A stretch of DNA of 64,000 nt from Chitinophaga pinensis (GTDB taxonomy: Bacteria; Bacteroidota; Bacteroidia; UKL13-3): the NCBI GenBank assembly GCA_943369665.1, contig CALRNX020000012.1, positions 40,501 through 104,500 of the forward strand. Direction: 5' to 3'. Shown here one piece after another: positions 1-8,204 of the stretch; the stretch's first letter is position 1, and every line of letters starts with the position of its first letter. The notes beneath the pieces were generated by a model. That model was not told the DNA's origin. It saw only the letters and a list, made by a program, of their open reading frames with translations, and did no database searches. The position numbers and the translations under genes are program-made.

Positions 1-1
1 T

Positions 2-142
2 ATAAACAGACTTCAAGACACCTTTAATTTTAAAGTCAATTGTTCAGGACACGCAGACCTAAATAAGTTACTTGACTTATGCAACTCCTCAATTCCTAAC
101 AAGAAATATAGAAATAAATTTAGACTTTGGCATGACAACTAA
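2..142 (+). CDS. 3' end of an upstream cassette ORF (partial, hypothetical protein)
   Basis: Open frame from the window edge to TAA at 140-142, 13 nt before attC-0. Only 46 codons are visible and they carry no recognisable motif. Confidence 0.3.
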   Translation: MNRLQDTFNFKVNCSGHADLNKLLDLCNSSIPNKKYRNKFRLWHDN

Positions 143-154
143 GAGAAAAACTAC

Positions 155-285
155 TGGTAACACTCCTCTTGCGCTATTGCCGTTAAAGTGCTAAAATGAA
201 ATTTATATTTACGCATAATATTTTATCTTGGTTGACAGATTATCTTACGCAAACGGCAACAGCGCAAGGCGTGGAACCGTTATGC
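155..285 (+). repeat. attC-like site 0 (subfamily B)
   Basis: 131 nt. Starts TGGTAAC and ends GTTATGC. Inner arms CTTGCGCTATTGCCGTT / AACGGCAACAGCGCAAG are complementary with 1 mismatch. Confidence 0.75.
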
Positions 286-337
286 CCAATGTCAAAATCC
301 TTCGTAAAAATAGTACAATTTTTGCTATATTGCAGTA

Positions 338-868
338 GTGAAACGGAAAATAGAAATTGGTCTAGACTTCATTATAGACAAGCTAACTAACTCAATTGAA
401 AACGTTGTGACTGGAGACAGTTTTGCAACCGATGTTTCTATTTTGACTCAACAAGACCTAAAAAACATTACCAAGAAAAATGGATGGCTATTTGACTGGA
501 AGTCAGAATTTAAAAATCCTCTTCGTGACACTTATAAATTAACCATAGTAAATAACTCGACTATTATTCAAGGCTTAATCAGCCTAGAAATTAAACCAGA
601 GCATATTTATATGCATCTTATAGAAAACGCACCGTTCAATAAGGGCAAAGACAAAGTATATGCAGGTGTAGCTGGAAACCTTGTTGCATTTGCTTGTAAA
701 TTATCTTTTCAACGTGGACATCAGGGAAACATATCATTTATATCAAAGACACAATTGATTGAGCACTATCAAAAGACTCTTGGAGCAAGGCATTTTGGTG
801 GACGTTTAATGATCATTGAGACAAAAGATGCACTTCAACTTATTAACAAGTACTTTCAAAATTATTAG
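338..868 (+). CDS. GNAT-fold acetyltransferase-like protein (cassette 1, gene 1)
   Basis: 176-aa ORF with a GTG start. The C-terminal half reads like the GNAT acetyl-CoA motif A region (VYAGVAGNLVAFACKLSFQRGHQG). No signal peptide. Confidence 0.55.
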   Translation: MKRKIEIGLDFIIDKLTNSIENVVTGDSFATDVSILTQQDLKNITKKNGWLFDWKSEFKNPLRDTYKLTIVNNSTIIQGLISLEIKPEHIYMHLIENAPFNKGKDKVYAGVAGNLVAFACKLSFQRGHQGNISFISKTQLIEHYQKTLGARHFGGRLMIIETKDALQLINKYFQNY

Positions 869-870
869 AT

Positions 871-1035
871 ATGAAAAGCAAATTAGTAGAATTAGAGGTT
901 GACTTCATTGGCGGACAAAATGGACTGACAGCTCAAGAAGAAAAAGCATTGAGTGAATACTTCGCTAAAAAGAAACAAATTGCTTTTAAACGGGCAAAGA
1001 CAAAAGTCTCTAAACGCACAAATGTGACAGCTTAG
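871..1035 (+). CDS. Small 54-aa protein with a basic C-terminus (cassette 1, gene 2)
   Basis: ATG lies 2 nt after the stop of the upstream ORF and TAG is at 1033-1035. Translation: MKSKLVELEVDFIGGQNGLTAQEEKALSEYFAKKKQIAFKRAKTKVSKRTNVTA. It is not in the ORF track because it is shorter than 60 aa. Confidence 0.4.
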   Translation: MKSKLVELEVDFIGGQNGLTAQEEKALSEYFAKKKQIAFKRAKTKVSKRTNVTA

Positions 1036-1059
1036 AAACGTCAACAAAGAAAGCACTGG

Positions 1060-1239
1060 GCATAACACACGCCTGCCGCTATTGGCGCTAACTCGCTAAA
1101 TTGTAGTTATCGTTTACGTATTTTACCCATTTTGGCAAGACAAATAAGTGCTTCGTTCCCTTGAGGTTCGCTTTTTGTATGCGTGGCAAACGAAAAGCGA
1201 ACTTTTCTGTATAATTGTTTCGCATAATAAATGTTAGCA
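1060..1239 (+). repeat. attC-like site 1 (atypical, 180 nt)
   Basis: Starts GCATAAC and ends GTTAGCA. The interior differs from the other sites and has its own hairpin (GTTCGCTTTT...AAAAGCGAAC). Both ends show 12/13 complementarity to the neighbouring cassette ends. Confidence 0.55.
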
Positions 1240-1264
1240 CCAATTTTAAAACGACACGACAACA

Positions 1265-1659
1265 ATGAAAAACTGGGACAGGACAGGAAAAATTAAGGCT
1301 ATTATTCTTGGAATTTTAGCATTACCAAATTTACTAATGCCAATCGGTGCAACAGGACAACAAGGACTTGCAATGATTTTAATGCCTTTGATTTTTGGAA
1401 GCATTTCAATTCCTTTAATCGCAAGGTTCAACGCTGGACTTGGACGAGAGATTATAAAACCGACTTGGAATGACAACCCACTTACAATGAAACTTTTCAT
1501 TTTGGCTCATTTTTCTTCCTGACAGTTGGGTTAAGTATGCTTGTTGGGACAGGAATTAAATTTCAAACTCTTAGCTTTTTTGGACTGACAGCAATTTCGT
1601 TCGGACTTGGAATATCGATAGGTATTTGGCTGACACTAAAATGGACAAAATCAAAATAA
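1265..1659 (+). pseudogene. Frameshifted small multi-pass membrane protein (cassette 2)
   Basis: The 85-aa ORF (1265..1522) is hydrophobic. An overlapping frame, open from 1474 to TAA at 1657-1659, continues with two more hydrophobic helices (HFGSFFFLTVGLSMLVGTG...GLGISIGIWLTLKWTKSK). The frames must join between 1474 and 1522 in a T-rich stretch. Confidence 0.45.
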
Positions 1660-1720
1660 TGCTTATGGACTTTTATCGCTTAGTCATTATTACATATTGC
1701 AATGACAGACAAAAAACTGG

Positions 1721-1852
1721 TGCTAACAACACCTACAAGAAATTGGCGGTTCAGTGGTTAAATGAAGCTTTATGCTTCGTATCAAGTTCGTTACTGTCAG
1801 ACAGTTTTCGTCTCCGAAATCGCCAACTTCTTGTAGCTGCAAACCGTTAGGC
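1721..1852 (+). repeat. attC-like site 2 (subfamily A)
   Basis: 132 nt, TGCTAAC ... GTTAGGC. Arms CTACAAGAAATTGGCG / CGCCAACTTCTTGTAG have 1 mismatch. Confidence 0.75.
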
Positions 1853-1877
1853 GCAATTATAATACCCCGACAAACAC

Positions 1878-2921
1878 ATGAGAAAAAAAGAGACTGTCCT
1901 TATAGTACTTTCTATATTTTCATTAGGACTGAATTTATTATTTAGTTCTGGAACGAATCCCTGGCCTGTGATAACATTGTCTTTACTTGCAATGCTTTAT
2001 CTGTTCTTCAGTTTCGCTATTTTGAATAATATTGACCTTAAGAGAATTTTCAAGAAAGAGCCGTATGTAGAAGTAAGCAAAATAAAAATTGCTGGGGCAA
2101 TACTTATTGGACTTGCTCTTTCTTTGACATTAATTGGCATACTCTTTAGATTTAAATATTGGCCAAATTCTTCATTTATTTTAGAAACTGGTCTTGGTGG
2201 ATTATTGCTTGTGACAATCATAGGATTCATTAAATATCCGAGGACAGAATCTGACTATTTTATAAACATCTTTAGACGGATTGTTATTGTTGGTGGACTT
2301 GGTTTACTCTTTATGGTTGTACCTCAGAATACTTGGGTTGCGATTAAATATCGAAATCATCCCCAATGTTCAGACGCATTAAAAAAATTATTAGTCAACC
2401 CTTATAAGACAGAGCTTTGGGACGATTTAGAGTCTGAAAGAAAAAGCATGGAATACACGTGTACTCAAGAAAACATTTCTACGACAAGGAAAATTGAAAA
2501 TGGCGATACTATTCGATGTTCGATTTTATATGACAACCCAAGTATTGTTCACATAAAACAATTTAATTCCAATAAACTTATAGAACAGCAGTTTATAATT
2601 GATCCACATGGAGACACGACATTTGATCCTCAACTGTTTTATTGTAACGATTATAGCCGACTCTTTGCTTTTCTACCTTTACTATCTCATTGGAAAAAGG
2701 ACTTTGTTTATAAGGACGCTAATCTTCTTCTTTATCATTATGAGACCAATCCTAATGTTCCCTTTGACACTGTCTTTTATGGACAAATTCGTAACGAGAG
2801 TATAATATCACTTGAGAAAAGAGATACACATAACCTCATAAGTAGAATACATACTAAAGACAATGAAACAGGTATTTCAGAAGTTTACTTCTCCAGAATC
2901 AGTGACCCGACCGTAAAATAA
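1878..2921 (+). CDS. Hypothetical membrane protein: N-terminal multi-TM region plus a ~190-aa soluble C-terminal domain (cassette 3)
   Basis: 347-aa ORF with about five hydrophobic helices in the first 160 aa. The stop lies 5 nt before attC-3. Confidence 0.7.
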   Translation: MRKKETVLIVLSIFSLGLNLLFSSGTNPWPVITLSLLAMLYLFFSFAILNNIDLKRIFKKEPYVEVSKIKIAGAILIGLALSLTLIGILFRFKYWPNSSFILETGLGGLLLVTIIGFIKYPRTESDYFINIFRRIVIVGGLGLLFMVVPQNTWVAIKYRNHPQCSDALKKLLVNPYKTELWDDLESERKSMEYTCTQENISTTRKIENGDTIRCSILYDNPSIVHIKQFNSNKLIEQQFIIDPHGDTTFDPQLFYCNDYSRLFAFLPLLSHWKKDFVYKDANLLLYHYETNPNVPFDTVFYGQIRNESIISLEKRDTHNLISRIHTKDNETGISEVYFSRISDPTVK

Positions 2922-2925
2922 CTAG

Positions 2926-3057
2926 GCATAACAGCAGTCTTGCGCCATTGCCGTTATCATCTTAAATTCAAGCTTTCGTTTCGCATTTATTTTTTATCTT
3001 GGTTGACAGATTTTCGTTCCGTAATCGGCAACTGCGCAAGGCCGTGGAACGTTATGC
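2926..3057 (+). repeat. attC-like site 3 (subfamily B)
   Basis: 132 nt. Layout: GCATAAC-agcagt-CTTGCGCCATTGCCG ... CGGCAACTGCGCAAG-gccgtggaac-GTTATGC. The R boxes are perfect, there is an unpaired spacer, and the L boxes carry a bulge. Confidence 0.8.
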
Positions 3058-3068
3058 CCAATTATAAA

Positions 3069-3686
3069 ATGACACGTAGGACACTTATATGCTTGACTAT
3101 TTTACTTTCTGCTTGCGGACAGAAAAAGCCATCCGAAAATAGTGTTTTGACAAGCAATCAAATTAAAGTTTCGGCTGACAGTTTAGCCACACATTCAGAC
3201 AAAAATGTAATTGAACATGTACGCACACCCTATTTCGTTGGTGACATCAATAATGACAACAAAGCGGATAGCGCTTATGTTATTTACGAGCGTAGTGTAA
3301 AAGCCGACAGCACAATAGAAATAGAATGTGTTAATAAAAATTGTGAGGTCACTATCAAGTTTACTGGCAATATTCCAGACCTTGTCATTGACCAATCTTT
3401 AGGCATTTACATTCAAAAGACAGAAGACTTAAATAATGACAAAGCCAATGAAATAATATTATTTTCAGAATGGTTTGAAGGTTATTGGTATCGCGTTTAT
3501 GTGTGGACTTTTAATAATGGAAAGTGGAACGAGATTGCAAGAACAAAAGCATTTCTATCCGAAGACAAAGACTACGAAAACAGAATTGTTAAAACCAAAT
3601 CGCAATTTTATTTAGAGGGTGACGGTTGGGACGACAGTAAGGGTGGAGTGACCGAAAGAAGTATTAAAATAAGGATAGAAAAATAA
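3069..3686 (+). CDS. Lipoprotein with FG-GAP/VCBS-like Asp-rich motifs (cassette 4)
   Basis: MTRRTLICLTILLSAC lipobox. Motifs DINNDNKAD and DLNNDKANE. The ORF-track start at 2940 lies inside attC-3, so I chose the ATG at 3069 (an in-frame ATG at 3054 is also possible). Confidence 0.7.
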   Translation: MTRRTLICLTILLSACGQKKPSENSVLTSNQIKVSADSLATHSDKNVIEHVRTPYFVGDINNDNKADSAYVIYERSVKADSTIEIECVNKNCEVTIKFTGNIPDLVIDQSLGIYIQKTEDLNNDKANEIILFSEWFEGYWYRVYVWTFNNGKWNEIARTKAFLSEDKDYENRIVKTKSQFYLEGDGWDDSKGGVTERSIKIRIEK

Positions 3687-3690
3687 CTGG

Positions 3691-3823
3691 GCATAACAGC
3701 ACCTTGCCAAAAGCGGGGCGAAAGTGCGAATATGAACAGTAAAGCATTTAATAAACATTAGTGGTAGCTTGACAGGTTGGTGCTTCGAAAGCCCCGCCTT
3801 CGGCAAGCTTCAGAACGTTATAT
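3691..3823 (+). repeat. attC-like site 4 (subfamily A, divergent interior)
   Basis: 133 nt, GCATAAC ... GTTATAT. Arms CTTGCCAAAAGCGGGGC / GCCCCGCCTTCGGCAAG have 2 mismatches. Confidence 0.75.
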
Positions 3824-3851
3824 GCAAGCATACACAAAACCACAAAAAAAG

Positions 3852-5165
3852 ATGACCTATAAACTAAAATCAATTTGCATTGCAATTCTCATTAGTTGCT
3901 CATTGCAAATAAAAGGGCAGAACGTAGTCTGGACAGATGTTGATAATTTTTGGGCTGCATACGACAAAATTATTCAGACCAAAGACTCTGTTACGCAGTA
4001 TAAGCTACTTGAAGATTTATATTTTTCTAAAGCAACGGAAGGCTTGATTGCTATGAGGCAAGCAAGGAACTATACTGCAAAGGACTATTTAGATGCTATT
4101 AATAATTACCCGAAATTTTGGAATTCTATTCGAAAAAGCACATTAAGAGCTAATGAGTTTTCAAAAGAATTAAACACTGGAATTGAGAAATTACGTCAAA
4201 TATATCCAGAACTAAATCCAGTTAAAATATACTTTACCATTGGAGCAATGAGAAGTAACGGAACAACTTTAGACAGTCTTGTTCTCATAGGTGCTGAGTT
4301 GGCGATGACAGATAAAAATACCGTATCTGATGAACTTTTACCCGATAATTTTAGAATTGGGAGGCGGAAATATTTTGACAGTAACCCAATTAATACTTTG
4401 GTTTTGCTTAATATTCACGAGTATGTTCATACACAACAAAAACCTTGGGTAGATAACTTACTTTCTTATGTGATCAGAGAGGGTGTTGCTGAATACGTTT
4501 CTGTAAAAGCAATGAATGTTCCTTCGGCTGCACCTGCAATTGAATTTGGGAAGAAAAATAACGAAAAAGTAAGGGCAAAATTTGAGCAAGAAATGTTTTA
4601 TATTAACAATCAGAGTAATTGGCTTTGGAGTGACTCTCCAAATGAATTTGGGGTTAGAGATTTAGGATATTATATCGGCTACCAAATGTGTGAGAATTAT
4701 TATAACCAAGCAGAAAACAAATCTTTAGCCATCAAAAAAATGATAGAATTGGATTATACCAACGAGGCTGAAATAGAAGACTTTGTGGCAAAATCTAATT
4801 TTTTCTCAAAGCCACTCAACGAACTCTACCAAGACTTTGAAAAGAAACGTCCGAAGGTTGTTGGCATAACGCAATTTAAAAACAAAAGCAAGAAAGTTAA
4901 TTCCAATATCAAAGAAATAACTATTGAATTTTCAGAGCCTTTAAACGGACACAACACTGGAGTTGATTTTGGAGAATTAGGGCAAAGTGCTTTTCCTAAA
5001 AATGATGGAACAAAAAGATATTGGTCAAACGGTAATAAGGCTTGGACCATTACAGTAGACTTAGAACCTAACAAAAAGTATCAACTGCTGATTACCAATA
5101 ATTTTAGAACTCAAAACGGAATGCCTTTGAAACCCTACTTAATTGAGTTTCAAACTGGAAAATAA
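3852..5165 (+). CDS. Secreted putative Zn-dependent peptidase (HExxH) with a C-terminal Ig-like domain (cassette 5)
   Basis: Signal peptide MTYKLKSICIAILISCSLQIKGQ. HEYVH is at nt 4415-4429. The C-terminal ~100 aa look like a beta-sandwich (ITIEFSEPLN...). The ORF-track start at 3777 lies inside attC-4. Confidence 0.65.
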   Translation: MTYKLKSICIAILISCSLQIKGQNVVWTDVDNFWAAYDKIIQTKDSVTQYKLLEDLYFSKATEGLIAMRQARNYTAKDYLDAINNYPKFWNSIRKSTLRANEFSKELNTGIEKLRQIYPELNPVKIYFTIGAMRSNGTTLDSLVLIGAELAMTDKNTVSDELLPDNFRIGRRKYFDSNPINTLVLLNIHEYVHTQQKPWVDNLLSYVIREGVAEYVSVKAMNVPSAAPAIEFGKKNNEKVRAKFEQEMFYINNQSNWLWSDSPNEFGVRDLGYYIGYQMCENYYNQAENKSLAIKKMIELDYTNEAEIEDFVAKSNFFSKPLNELYQDFEKKRPKVVGITQFKNKSKKVNSNIKEITIEFSEPLNGHNTGVDFGELGQSAFPKNDGTKRYWSNGNKAWTITVDLEPNKKYQLLITNNFRTQNGMPLKPYLIEFQTGK

Positions 5166-5175
5166 AAATGCCTGC

Positions 5176-5306
5176 ACATAACACGGGTTTGGCAAAAGTG
5201 GCGGTTCAGTGCTCCGCAGACAGATTTGTGGTAGCCGAAAGTTCAGTTCTCAGATTCAACATTTATGGAGAAAATCGCCACTTTTGCCAAGCCCGAAACG
5301 TTAGCG
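5176..5306 (+). repeat. attC-like site 5 (subfamily A, divergent interior)
   Basis: 131 nt, ACATAAC ... GTTAGCG. Arms GGGTTTGGCAAAAGTGGCG / CGCCACTTTTGCCAAGCCC have 1 mismatch. Confidence 0.75.
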
Positions 5307-5384
5307 CCAATTTTTAATTAACCACATTGATTTAAATACAAATTCTATTCAAGACAATTTTAAAACAAATAAATTTCTACCAAA

Positions 5385-5780
5385 ATGTTAAACCAAATTA
5401 AGATCACCATACTCATAATTAGTGCGACTTTGATAATGAGTTGTAAACATTCAAAACCTAAAACCCCGGATTTTATTGAGACAAAGAAGCTTGAACAAGA
5501 ATTTGGTACATTAATTCAGGCAGACAACATAAACATAAATGGAAGTGAGAATGACGAAAACTCCGTGCTTGAAATAAATATTATAAATGGCAAAAGTCTT
5601 TCAACAATTGAAGACGAACAAAGAGCTCTTGCCCATTCATTAGCGAGAATTGTGAAAGTCAACCTTAAGGATTCAAATCAGTTCGATACCTATATGGTAA
5701 AGTTCGGGAAGAAGTCTGAAGGAGAAAGCTTAGCAATTGAGACTTATACCCGATTCGACTTTAAACTGAACGAACTGTAG
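5385..5780 (+). CDS. Small lipoprotein, hypothetical (cassette 6)
   Basis: 131 aa with the lipobox LIMSC. Confidence 0.65.
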   Translation: MLNQIKITILIISATLIMSCKHSKPKTPDFIETKKLEQEFGTLIQADNININGSENDENSVLEINIINGKSLSTIEDEQRALAHSLARIVKVNLKDSNQFDTYMVKFGKKSEGESLAIETYTRFDFKLNEL

Positions 5781-5813
5781 CAAATAGAAAACTCATCAAG
5801 AAAGTAAAACTGT

Positions 5814-5945
5814 TGCTGACAGTGGCCTTGAACCATTACCGTTAACTTACTAAAATTCAATATTTCGTTTCGCATTTGTTTTATCTTAGCAGGACAATTT
5901 AACGTTACGTATACGGCAACAGCGCAAGGTCGCAATCCGTTATGG
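5814..5945 (+). repeat. attC-like site 6 (subfamily B, decayed)
   Basis: 132 nt. The inverse core reads TGCTGAC (GAC, not AAC) and the core is GTTATGG. The left L arm CTTGAACCATTACCGTT is only partly complementary to ACGGCAACAGCGCAAG. Confidence 0.55.
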
Positions 5946-5986
5946 ACAATTTTAATGACCAAAAGTTCAACAAATAAAAAAGACAG

Positions 5987-6487
5987 ATGATAAAAAAGGC
6001 ATTATTTCTTCTTACAATAATTTTTAGTTTAAATGTTTCTGGACAAAACAACGGAAAAGTGGTTATGACGTCATTTATCCCAAAGTCAAAAGCCTACGAC
6101 ATTTATTATCCGAAAGGTTTTTATTTGAAAGAAGACAATGAAGGAATTGTTACAATCAATGACTCAACTTCAAAACTAAATATTTCAATCAGTTCATATT
6201 CCATTAACAAAGGAATGAATGACAAAAAATTAATTGAGCAGCTTAATGGTTTCGTGAAAAGTTACTATAAGAAAGAAATAAAAGAGGAAGATTGGAATAG
6301 TTATAAAACGAAATTTGAGATTTTGGTAGAGTCTAAATTTTCTGTCGACCAAACAAATTGGGTTTGGTATGGTATTGTAGACAAACAAAGATTAGTTACA
6401 ATTTCGGTTAACAAGGAAAATGTCATCGAAAAAGAGGAGCTAAATCTTGTTCAATATATGATTAACAATTTAATAATTAATGAATAG
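5987..6487 (+). CDS. Secreted hypothetical protein (cassette 7)
   Basis: 166 aa with signal peptide MIKKALFLLTIIFSLNVSGQ. Confidence 0.65.
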   Translation: MIKKALFLLTIIFSLNVSGQNNGKVVMTSFIPKSKAYDIYYPKGFYLKEDNEGIVTINDSTSKLNISISSYSINKGMNDKKLIEQLNGFVKSYYKKEIKEEDWNSYKTKFEILVESKFSVDQTNWVWYGIVDKQRLVTISVNKENVIEKEELNLVQYMINNLIINE

Positions 6488-6516
6488 GTTTGTCAGAAAT
6501 GATAATAAAAAACTAC

Positions 6517-6647
6517 ATATAACGGGTGCTTGGCAAAAAGCGGTTTCAGTGCTTAAATGAAGCTTTGTGCTTCGTATCAAGTTCAGTGCTGGCAGACAGT
6601 TTAGTGCTTCGGAATCCGCTTCTTCGCCAAGCGCCCAAACGTTATAG
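6517..6647 (+). repeat. attC-like site 7 (subfamily A)
   Basis: 131 nt, ATATAAC ... GTTATAG. Arms GGGTGCTTGGCAAAAAGCGG / CCGCTTCTTCGCCAAGCGCCC pair with bulges. Confidence 0.8.
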
Positions 6648-6667
6648 GCAACCAAAATGCCTACACT

Positions 6668-7264
6668 ATGAAATCAAAAACATATAAATTAATCGGAGCG
6701 ATTTGTATAACCGCAATTACACTGACTATGATTCATTTTTCAACGGGGCTTTTTACTCGATATAATTTTATAACAGCAAGACTCGACATAATGAACAAAA
6801 ATTATCGAATTGTTCATTATGGAGAGAGAAAGGTTACCGATAAAATTGCCGAGGAAATTAGCCCTGAATTTGGTTTTAAATATGAAGGCACGAATTGCAG
6901 CGTGACTACTCCACTTATTAATGGCATTGACAGCTATAACAAAATTATGACACGACAATTGGATAAAGTATACGGATCGGACTGGTTCTTTGACTTTGAA
7001 GACCGAACAGACTCCCTATTCCGAGAATCGAGAGTCGACACTATAAGACAAATTATCTCATCACAAGAAGATTATAAAGAGCTAGAAAAGGTGTTCGACA
7101 AGTTATATCATGGGACAAGGAAACTAACAGTTTGGGTTTTAATTCATGAAGACAATGGAGATAACGTTCGTGTGTGTGAAAGATTTGGAGACACCGCAAT
7201 TCGGGTTTTTGACTATTACCATGTTGACCCTTATTCATTAAAAGTATCTACTGTCCGTTATTGA
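6668..7264 (+). CDS. N-terminally membrane-anchored hypothetical protein (cassette 8)
   Basis: 198 aa with a single N-terminal hydrophobic helix (LIGAICITAITLTMIHF). Confidence 0.65.
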   Translation: MKSKTYKLIGAICITAITLTMIHFSTGLFTRYNFITARLDIMNKNYRIVHYGERKVTDKIAEEISPEFGFKYEGTNCSVTTPLINGIDSYNKIMTRQLDKVYGSDWFFDFEDRTDSLFRESRVDTIRQIISSQEDYKELEKVFDKLYHGTRKLTVWVLIHEDNGDNVRVCERFGDTAIRVFDYYHVDPYSLKVSTVRY

Positions 7265-7292
7265 GACACTGTCGACTCAGAAAATCGGCTGC

Positions 7293-7425
7293 CTATAACA
7301 GCAATCTTGCGCAATTGCCGTTATTATCCTTAAATACAGTATTTCGTTTCGCTTTTATTTTTTATCTTGGTAGACAGATTTTCGTTCCGTAATCGGCAAC
7401 TGCGCAAGGTTGCGGAACGTTAGCG
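7293..7425 (+). repeat. attC-like site 8 (subfamily B)
   Basis: 133 nt, CTATAAC ... GTTAGCG. Arms CTTGCGCAATTGCCGTT / AATCGGCAACTGCGCAAG. Confidence 0.8.
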
Positions 7426-7444
7426 GTCAGCTTAAAAAACGACA

Positions 7445-8029
7445 ATGAAACAAATAATCTACATATTGACAATTTTAATATTAACAGCTTGCGGACAAAC
7501 CAACACTGAACAGAATTCTAATATAAGTATAGAAACTAAGGCTGAACAAGTTTTGGACACAACCTATTCAGACAATAAACAAACTGATAAAAAAGCCACG
7601 ACAGACGAAAAAGAGACCGAGGAGTATAGAAAACAATCTTTAAGTGGATTTGAAAAAGCAACATTATATAAATTGACCGATACAATTACGGCAGACTTTA
7701 ACGGAGACGGATTTTTAGACAAAGCGATTTATAAAAAAGAAATCGAAACATCGGGAATAATCATCATACACGGAAAGACAAATGAGCGAGTAAAAATTGG
7801 TTTTGGAAAACAGTTTGCACATTTGACAGAATTCAATTGGGTTGACTATTGGGGACTTGTTGAAGACAAAGAAACAAGTGAAACAACGTTTACAGAAGAC
7901 GGAGACGTTTTGGACAGTAAAACAGTTAAGCTCAAAAATCCTTCAATAGCTTTGGGTAAAGACGAAGTTGGTGGCGGACTAATAACATACAGAAATGGAG
8001 AATATGAATGGATACACCAAACTTGTTGA
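7445..8029 (+). CDS. Lipoprotein with an FG-GAP/VCBS-like motif (cassette 9)
   Basis: Lipobox ILTAC and motif DFNGDGFLD. 194 aa. Confidence 0.7.
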   Translation: MKQIIYILTILILTACGQTNTEQNSNISIETKAEQVLDTTYSDNKQTDKKATTDEKETEEYRKQSLSGFEKATLYKLTDTITADFNGDGFLDKAIYKKEIETSGIIIIHGKTNERVKIGFGKQFAHLTEFNWVDYWGLVEDKETSETTFTEDGDVLDSKTVKLKNPSIALGKDEVGGGLITYRNGEYEWIHQTC

Positions 8030-8044
8030 CAAAGAAAGCCGAAC

Positions 8045-8176
8045 CGCTAACAGGCGTTTGGCAAAAAAGCGGTTTCAGTGCTTAAATGAAGCTTTGTGCT
8101 TCGTATCAAGTTCAGTGCTGGCTGACTGTTTAGTGCTTCGAAATCCGCTTCTTCGCAAAGCGGCAAACCCTTATAG
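8045..8176 (+). repeat. attC-like site 9 (subfamily A, mutated core)
   Basis: 132 nt, CGCTAAC ... CTTATAG. The first core base is C instead of G. The interior is near-identical to sites 7 and 10. Confidence 0.7.
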
Positions 8177-8204
8177 GTAAGCGTAAAAGACGACACAACG
8201 ACAA

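Noticed and set aside
196-390. 64-aa ORF in the track, and similar ORFs at 1626..1850, 7995..8180, 8668..8877, 2940..3068 (the 5' extension), and on the minus strand at 3612..3806, 5744..5962, 6470..6655 and 8047..8247.
   Set aside because: They lie inside or across the attC-like palindromes. The conserved repeat sequence produces similar peptides, for example LNEALCFVSSS. They overlap better-supported cassette genes and have no independent coding signal.
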